Origin: Alphaproteobacteria bacterium
GTDB lineage: Bacteria > Pseudomonadota > Alphaproteobacteria > Rs-D84
Assembly (NCBI GenBank): GCA_017475605.1
Contig: JAFVFD010000005.1
Span: 75,833 to 139,832 of the forward strand
DNA length: 64,000 nt
Reading direction: 5' to 3'
Shown: piece by piece, positions 58,312-64,000 of the stretch
Layout: every line of letters starts with the position of its first letter
How positions within the stretch are numbered: the stretch's first letter is position 1
The notes under the pieces: generated by a model
Told to the model about the DNA's origin: nothing
What the model saw: the letters and a program-made list of their open reading frames with translations, nothing else
Databases searched by the model: none
Translations under genes and position numbers: made by a program

Positions 58312-58328
58312 TTTATTGACCCTCTAGA

Positions 58329-58949
58329 TTATGCCAATCTTGCTTCCACTGCTTTGACTGCATCTGCTGTCAAAACCAATTTTTCATGTTTCAAGATATC
58401 CAAAACATTCAAACCAATTGTCGGCAACACATCAATGTTTTCGATATTGGCTGCTGATTTCTTGAAGTTTTCATCCAAATTGTCCGCACCAACGAACAAA
58501 GCAGATGCGATATTCAATTTTTTCAATTGCTTCGCAAAAGCACCTGTCTTGGCTGCTTTCAATTTTTCAGAATCAATCACAATCAATGAACCATCTTTGA
58601 CCTTGGAAGACAAAGCCATTTTCAAGCCCAAACTGCGAATCTTTTTTGGTAAATCAATCGCATGATCGCGAACAACTGGTCCATGAACGACACCACCGCC
58701 ACGCATGTGAACATTGTATTTTTCACCCTGACGTGCGTTACCAGTCTTTTTCTGTTTGAATGCTTTTTTACCACTGCCCGCAACATCGGAAACGGTTTTA
58801 ACCGCATGTGTACCGGCGCGGGATTTTGCGCGTTGCCATGTAACAACACGATGCAAAATGTCTGCACGTGGTTCTAAACCAAAAACGCTGTCCTGCAATT
58901 CTGCTTTGCCGACCGCTTTACCATCAAAATTAATAATGTCTATTTGCAT
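58329..58949 (-). CDS. rplD: 50S ribosomal protein L4
   Basis: MQIDIINFDGKAVGKAELQDSVFGLEPRADILHRVVTWQRAK... RBS GAAGGTGA before the ATG at 58949. The tool ORF begins 10 codons earlier at 58979, overlapping the rplC stop. Confidence 0.9.
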   Translation of the reverse strand: MQIDIINFDGKAVGKAELQDSVFGLEPRADILHRVVTWQRAKSRAGTHAVKTVSDVAGSGKKAFKQKKTGNARQGEKYNVHMRGGGVVHGPVVRDHAIDLPKKIRSLGLKMALSSKVKDGSLIVIDSEKLKAAKTGAFAKQLKKLNIASALFVGADNLDENFKKSAANIENIDVLPTIGLNVLDILKHEKLVLTADAVKAVEARLA

Positions 58950-58978
58950 TTTATTCACCTTCACTTCTGTCGTCGCCA

Positions 58979-59689
58979 TTATTCCGCAACTGTTTCTGTT
59001 GTGGTGTCAGCCCCGGCATTGTTTAATTTGGTTGGGACCGGTAAATCTTTCTGTTCTTTTTTAACTGCATCGGTCACCAATACGAATGTGCCGTTTGCAC
59101 CTGGAACAGCGCCTTCAACGAAGATTAAGTTTTCTGCTTCGTCCATACCAAATACTTTCAGGTTTTGAACCGTTACAGTTTCATTACCCATCTGGCCTGC
59201 CATCTTTTTACCTTTCAAAACACGACCTGGCCATTCGCGCATACCTGTACCACCGATTGAACGATGTGCTTTTAAAACACCATGGGATGCTTCCTTACCG
59301 CCAAAGTTATGACGTTTCATCGCACCCTGGAATCCTTTACCCTTGCTTGTTGCCTGAACATCAATAAATTGTCCAACAACAAAATGAGACGCTGACATTG
59401 CAGTCCCTGCTGGGATAACGCAATCGTCAGATACGCGGAATTCCGCAACCTTACGAAATGGCTTAATGCCTGCTTTTTCTGCCGCAACCGCTTGTGGTTT
59501 TGCAACATGTTTTGCCTTGGCTTCGCGCAAACCCAAAATATTTGCGACGTAACCATTCTTTTCCATCGTCCGATTCCCAATGACTGTGCAGTCGCCAACC
59601 GATAACACTGTTACTGGATGTGCCACACCCGCATCGTCATACAGACGAGTCATACCTATTTTTGTTGTTATTAATCCGCTACGTTTCAT
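58979..59689 (-). CDS. rplC: 50S ribosomal protein L3
   Basis: MKRSGLITTKIGMTRLYDDAGVAHPVTVL... Confidence 0.93.
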   Translation of the reverse strand: MKRSGLITTKIGMTRLYDDAGVAHPVTVLSVGDCTVIGNRTMEKNGYVANILGLREAKAKHVAKPQAVAAEKAGIKPFRKVAEFRVSDDCVIPAGTAMSASHFVVGQFIDVQATSKGKGFQGAMKRHNFGGKEASHGVLKAHRSIGGTGMREWPGRVLKGKKMAGQMGNETVTVQNLKVFGMDEAENLIFVEGAVPGANGTFVLVTDAVKKEQKDLPVPTKLNNAGADTTTETVAE

Positions 59690-59758
59690 TTTTTTGCCTT
59701 TTTTTAGTCAGAGGTTGGTGCGTTTTATTTTTTGCATCCCACACCAACACTAACAGTT

Positions 59759-60070
59759 TTACAATTTAATTTTTACATCGACACCGGATGTCAAATCCAA
59801 CTTCATCAACGCATCAACTGTCTGAGGGGTTGGATTAACAATATCTACGACCGCCTTGTGATTGCGGATTTCGAATTGTTCACGTGATTTTTTATCAACG
59901 TGTGGCGAACGGTTCACTGTAAATTTTTGAACCAATGTCGGCAAGCGAACGGGTCCAACGACATCTGCGCCAGTGCGCTTCGCTGTCTTAACAATTTCAT
60001 CAACAGATTCCATCAAGTTACGATGGTCAAATGCTGTTAATTTAATACGAATTTTTGATGCTGGTACCAT
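59759..60070 (-). CDS. rpsJ: 30S ribosomal protein S10
   Basis: [45 protein letters not shown]... Start taken at the internal Met rather than the tool start at 60109. Confidence 0.9.
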   Translation of the reverse strand: MVPASKIRIKLTAFDHRNLMESVDEIVKTAKRTGADVVGPVRLPTLVQKFTVNRSPHVDKKSREQFEIRNHKAVVDIVNPTPQTVDALMKLDLTSGVDVKIKL

Positions 60071-60148
60071 TTGTTCGTTTTCCTTATCGTTATTCGGGCC
60101 GGTAATCATTGGAGCTTTAATCCAATTACACCGACCCGTTTGTTACCA

Positions 60149-61336
60149 TTATTTAATAATCTTCGATACAACACCTGCGCCAACTGTGCGTCCGCCTTCA
60201 CGGATAGCAAAGCGACGACCTTCGTCCATAGCAATAGGTGCAATCAATTGCACTGTGATACGAACGTTATCGCCCGGCAAGACCATTTCTTTGTCTGCTG
60301 GCAATGTGATTGTACCAGTTACGTCTGTTGTGCTGAAGTAGAACTGTGGACGATAGTTGCTAAAGAACGCTGTATGACGGCCACCTTCTTCTTTTGTCAA
60401 GATATAAACTTCAGCTTCAAAGTCTGTGTGTGGAGTGATGGAACCTGGTTTGCAGATTATCTGACCACGTTCTACTTCTTCCTTCTTGGTTCCACGCAAC
60501 AACAAACCTACGTTATCACCGGCTTCACCTTGATCCAACATTTTGCGGAACATTTCGACACCGGTAACAACTGTTTTCTGTGTTGGACGCAAACCAACGA
60601 TTTCACATTCATCACCAACTTTGACAACGCCAGATTCAACACGGCCTGTAACCACTGTACCACGACCTGTGATTGAAAATACGTCTTCAATTGGCATCAA
60701 GAATGGTTTATCAACTGGACGTTCTGGCATTGGGATGTATTCATCGCATGCTTTCAACAAAGCGTCAATTGATTCTTTACCAAAACCATCATTTTTGCCT
60801 TCCAAAGCGGAAATAGCAGAACCGCGGATGATTGGAGCATTATCGCCATCGAAGTCATTTGCAGACAACAATTCACGAATTTCCATTTCAACCAATTCCA
60901 ACAATTCTGGATCGTTTGCCAAATCGCATTTGTTCAAATAAACAACGATTTTTGGAATACCAACCTGACGTGCCAACAAGATGTGTTCACGTGTCTGAGG
61001 CATAGGACCATCAGTTGCAGCAACAACCAAGATAGCACCATCCATCTGGGCAGCACCGGTAATCATGTTTTTAACATAGTCCGCGTGTCCTGGGCAGTCA
61101 ACGTGCGCATAGTGGCGATTTGCTGTTTCATATTCAACGTGTGCGGTGTTAATTGTAATACCACGTGCGCGTTCTTCTGGGGCGTTATCGATTTGATCAA
61201 CACCTTTCTGCGCATCGGTTCCAACACCATAGTAGTGAACGATAGCGGCTGTCAAAGTCGTTTTACCGTGGTCAACGTGACCAATGGTACCGATGTTAAC
61301 ATGCGGCTTGGTTCTTACATATTTTTCTTTTGCCAT
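60149..61336 (-). CDS. tuf: Elongation factor Tu
   Basis: [32 protein letters not shown]...[28 protein letters not shown]... 395 aa. Confidence 0.95.
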   Translation of the reverse strand: MAKEKYVRTKPHVNIGTIGHVDHGKTTLTAAIVHYYGVGTDAQKGVDQIDNAPEERARGITINTAHVEYETANRHYAHVDCPGHADYVKNMITGAAQMDGAILVVAATDGPMPQTREHILLARQVGIPKIVVYLNKCDLANDPELLELVEMEIRELLSANDFDGDNAPIIRGSAISALEGKNDGFGKESIDALLKACDEYIPMPERPVDKPFLMPIEDVFSITGRGTVVTGRVESGVVKVGDECEIVGLRPTQKTVVTGVEMFRKMLDQGEAGDNVGLLLRGTKKEEVERGQIICKPGSITPHTDFEAEVYILTKEEGGRHTAFFSNYRPQFYFSTTDVTGTITLPADKEMVLPGDNVRITVQLIAPIAMDEGRRFAIREGGRTVGAGVVSKIIK

Positions 61337-61447
61337 AGTTTTTCTCCTTAAGGCTTCTGTTTTGTTAATCTGATTTTCGATTTCCGGGTTATGGATTTCT
61401 GAACCTAATCATAACCCAGAAATTTTAAATCACAATCTTTTTTTTGT

Positions 61448-63529
61448 TTATTTTGTCAGTTTCTTTATAACTTCGTCTGCAACATTCTGCGGCACTTCGG
61501 CATAGTGCGACAATTCCATATATGGATTTGCACGCCCCTGCGACAAAGAACGCAATGTCTTGACATATCCGAACAGGTTTGCCAACGGCACAAACGCAGA
61601 AATCAATTGATTTCCGAATTGTGTTTCAATCCCGTTGATTTGGCCACGACGGCTGTTCAAGTCACCGATGATGTCCCCGACGTATTCTTCCGGTGTGTTA
61701 ACCGAAAGTTTCATAATCGGTTCCAACAACTTTGGCGCCGCTTTCTTCATCGCTTCGCGGAAGCACGCACGCGCCGCTATTTCAAAGCATAATACATTAG
61801 AGTCAACTTCGTGATACTTACCATCTACCAATGTAGCCTTGAAATCCACAGTCGGATAGCCAATCAAGACACCTGTCTGTTGCGCTATCTTCAAACCCTT
61901 TTCAACACCTGGGATATATTCTTTTGGAATAGCCCCACCAACAATCTTGTTTTCGAATTCATAGCCTGCACCCGGTTCCAACGGTTCAAATTCAATCTTA
62001 ACCTGGGCATACTGACCAGAACCACCTGACTGTTTCTTGTGTGTATATTCTTCGGTAACAGGTTTGCGGAATGTTTCGCGATACGCAATACGTGGTTCGC
62101 CAACATTAACGTCAACCTTGAATTCACGAGACAAACGATCAACCAAAATTTCCAAGTGTAATTCACCAACACCAGCCAAAATTGTCTGACCTGATTCTTC
62201 GTCCACAGATACGCGGAACGACGGGTCTTCTTTGGCCAATGCCTGTAAACCCAACGCCATTTTTTCAACGTCGGCCTTGGTCTTTGGTTCAACTGCGATG
62301 GAAATAACCGGTTCTGGAATATGGATGTTTTCCAAAATAATCGGGTTTGCTTCATCGCACAGTGTATCGCCTGTAATTGTTTCTTTCATACCAACCAATG
62401 TGATAATATCACCGGCCGATGCTTCCTTGATTTCTTCACGCTGATTAGAATGCATCAACAACATACGACCAACGCGTTCACGTTTGTCGCGGTTGGAATT
62501 ATAAATGTAAGACCCGGAAACCAATTTACCAGAATAAATACGAATGAACATCAAGTTTCCAACGAATGGATCGTTCGCAACCTTAAATGCCAACGCGCTG
62601 AACGGTTCGTTTGGACTTGGGTGACGTTCAATAACGGTTTCCTTATCCAACTTTGTTCCCTTAATAGCCGGAACATCCAACGGACTTGGCAAATAATCAA
62701 CAATAGCATCCAACAATGGTTGAACACCTTTGTTCTTAAATGCGGTACCGCACAAAATTGGGTTAAAGTTCTGGTTAATTGTACCCTTGCGGATTAATTT
62801 TTTGATGGTTGCTGTATCTGGAATCTTGCCTTCCATATAGGCTTCCATAATATCATCATCCAGAGTTACAACTTCTTCAATCAATTTGTTGTGTAATTCT
62901 TCTGCTTTCGCTTTCAAATCTTCTGGAATATCGATTGTAACAGGATGGGAACCCATTTCATCTTCCCAGATTAAGCCCTTCATTTCAACGACATCGACAA
63001 CGCCTTTGAAATCAGATTCTGCACCAATTGGGAAATTGATGACCAATGGATTTGCACCCAAACGTTCACGAATCATATCAACACAGCGGAAGAAGTTTCC
63101 ACCGATACGGTCCATCTTGTTAATAAAGCAAATACGTGGAACATTGTAACGATCCGCCTGACGCCAAACGGTTTCAGTTTGTGGCTGAACCCCCGACACA
63201 GATTCAAAAACAGCGACCGCACCGTCCAAAACACGCAATGAACGTTCCACTTCCATGGTAAAGTCCACGTGTCCCGGGGTATCAATCAAATTGATACGGT
63301 GATCGCGCCAAAAACATGTCGTTGCCGCAGATGTAATTGTAATACCACGTTCCTGTTCCTGTTCCATCCAGTCCATTGTCGCGGCACCATCGTGCACTTC
63401 GCCAATCTTATATGTTTTACCGGTATAGAACAAAATACGTTCAGAAGTTGTTGTTTTCCCCGCGTCAATATGCGCCATAATACCGATATTGCGGTACATA
63501 TGTAAAGGGGCGGTTTTTCCAACAGACAT
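61448..63529 (-). CDS. fusA: Elongation factor G
   Basis: ...[25 protein letters not shown]...[23 protein letters not shown]... 693 aa. Confidence 0.95.
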   Translation of the reverse strand: MSVGKTAPLHMYRNIGIMAHIDAGKTTTSERILFYTGKTYKIGEVHDGAATMDWMEQEQERGITITSAATTCFWRDHRINLIDTPGHVDFTMEVERSLRVLDGAVAVFESVSGVQPQTETVWRQADRYNVPRICFINKMDRIGGNFFRCVDMIRERLGANPLVINFPIGAESDFKGVVDVVEMKGLIWEDEMGSHPVTIDIPEDLKAKAEELHNKLIEEVVTLDDDIMEAYMEGKIPDTATIKKLIRKGTINQNFNPILCGTAFKNKGVQPLLDAIVDYLPSPLDVPAIKGTKLDKETVIERHPSPNEPFSALAFKVANDPFVGNLMFIRIYSGKLVSGSYIYNSNRDKRERVGRMLLMHSNQREEIKEASAGDIITLVGMKETITGDTLCDEANPIILENIHIPEPVISIAVEPKTKADVEKMALGLQALAKEDPSFRVSVDEESGQTILAGVGELHLEILVDRLSREFKVDVNVGEPRIAYRETFRKPVTEEYTHKKQSGGSGQYAQVKIEFEPLEPGAGYEFENKIVGGAIPKEYIPGVEKGLKIAQQTGVLIGYPTVDFKATLVDGKYHEVDSNVLCFEIAARACFREAMKKAAPKLLEPIMKLSVNTPEEYVGDIIGDLNSRRGQINGIETQFGNQLISAFVPLANLFGYVKTLRSLSQGRANPYMELSHYAEVPQNVADEVIKKLTK

Positions 63530-63559
63530 TGTATGTTTCCTTTTTTTCTTTCGTTAAAA

Positions 63560-64000
63560 TTACCAACGGAAATGTGCAAACGCCTTGTTCGCTTCTGCCA
63601 TCTTGTGGGTATCAATCTTTTTCTTAAATGCGCCACCATTGCCCGCCAATGCATCACGCAATTCCGCGAACAATCTTTCTTCCATGCTGCGTTCGCCGCG
63701 TTTACGTGCGAACATAACCAACCAACGCAAAGCCAATGTTTGTTGACGTTCCGGGCGGACTTCAACCGGAACCTGATAAGTTGCACCGCCAACACGACGA
63801 CCCTTGACTTCTACACTTGGTTTAAGGGCATCGACCGCTTCCAAAAATGCGGCCAATTCATTACCGTCTTTTGCAACTTTTTTCAGTTTATCTAATGCAC
63901 CATAAACGATGTTTTCGGCAACTTCTTTTTTGCCGTCCCACATAACTACATTAATACATTTCGCAACAACCAGATTGTTATATTTAGAATCTGGCAAGAT
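63560..64000 (-). CDS. rpsG: 30S ribosomal protein S7, partial (N-terminus beyond window end)
   Basis: ...[15 protein letters not shown]...[32 protein letters not shown]...KAFAHFRW. Alignment to S7 implies about 9 further N-terminal codons beyond position 64000. Confidence 0.85.
   Translation of the reverse strand: MLPDSKYNNLVVAKCINVVMWDGKKEVAENIVYGALDKLKKVAKDGNELAAFLEAVDALKPSVEVKGRRVGGATYQVPVEVRPERQQTLALRWLVMFARKRGERSMEERLFAELRDALAGNGGAFKKKIDTHKMAEANKAFAHFRW

Noticed and set aside
55362-61351. Antisense ORFs within r-protein, tuf and fusA genes (for example 55362-56084 at 240 aa, 60071-60676 at 201 aa, 62321-62797)
   Set aside because: They overlap universally conserved genes on the opposite strand. 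The compositions are Cys/Phe-rich nonsense typical of antisense frames.
1-64000. CRISPR array or rRNA/tRNA genes
   Set aside because: No regularly spaced direct repeats with unique spacers. Tandem repeats seen (14235-14345, 35885-35960, 41380-41530) are in-frame coding low-complexity. No rRNA-like conserved stretches or tRNA cloverleaves were recognised by eye.

Overview
The window looks like an AT-rich alphaproteobacterial chromosome segment, possibly from an intracellular or symbiont lineage (inference only). Its left 41 kb is an accessory-type region dominated by secreted and surface proteins; its right 23 kb is the conserved str/S10/spc/alpha ribosomal-protein cluster on the minus strand, running from partial rpsG through rplQ.

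Left region: a 2154-aa trimeric autotransporter adhesin, a 1731-aa classical autotransporter, a 1126-aa ankyrin plus subtilase-like protein, and a cluster of paralogous signal-peptide-bearing cysteine-rich proteins. The cysteine-rich proteins share recurrent C-x6-C modules. Several also carry glycine-zipper segments or an OmpA-like C-terminal domain.

Right region: the alpha operon is interrupted between rpsK and rpoA by a ~4.6 kb insert. The insert carries a BcgI-like Type IIB restriction-modification pair (nuclease-methyltransferase fusion plus a two-TRD specificity subunit), an alpha/beta hydrolase, and a small secreted repeat protein.

Other points: rpmD (L30) is below the ORF-track size cut-off and, as sequenced, carries a 1-nt insertion. 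A dispersed palindromic element occurs at least twice. Many intergenic hairpins share one terminator motif, AACCGCCC-N4-GGGCGGTT. A 43-codon ORF has its own consensus promoter and terminator. No rRNA, tRNA or CRISPR was seen. Housekeeping genes present are eno, lptC-like/lptB, secY, tuf, fusA and rpoA.
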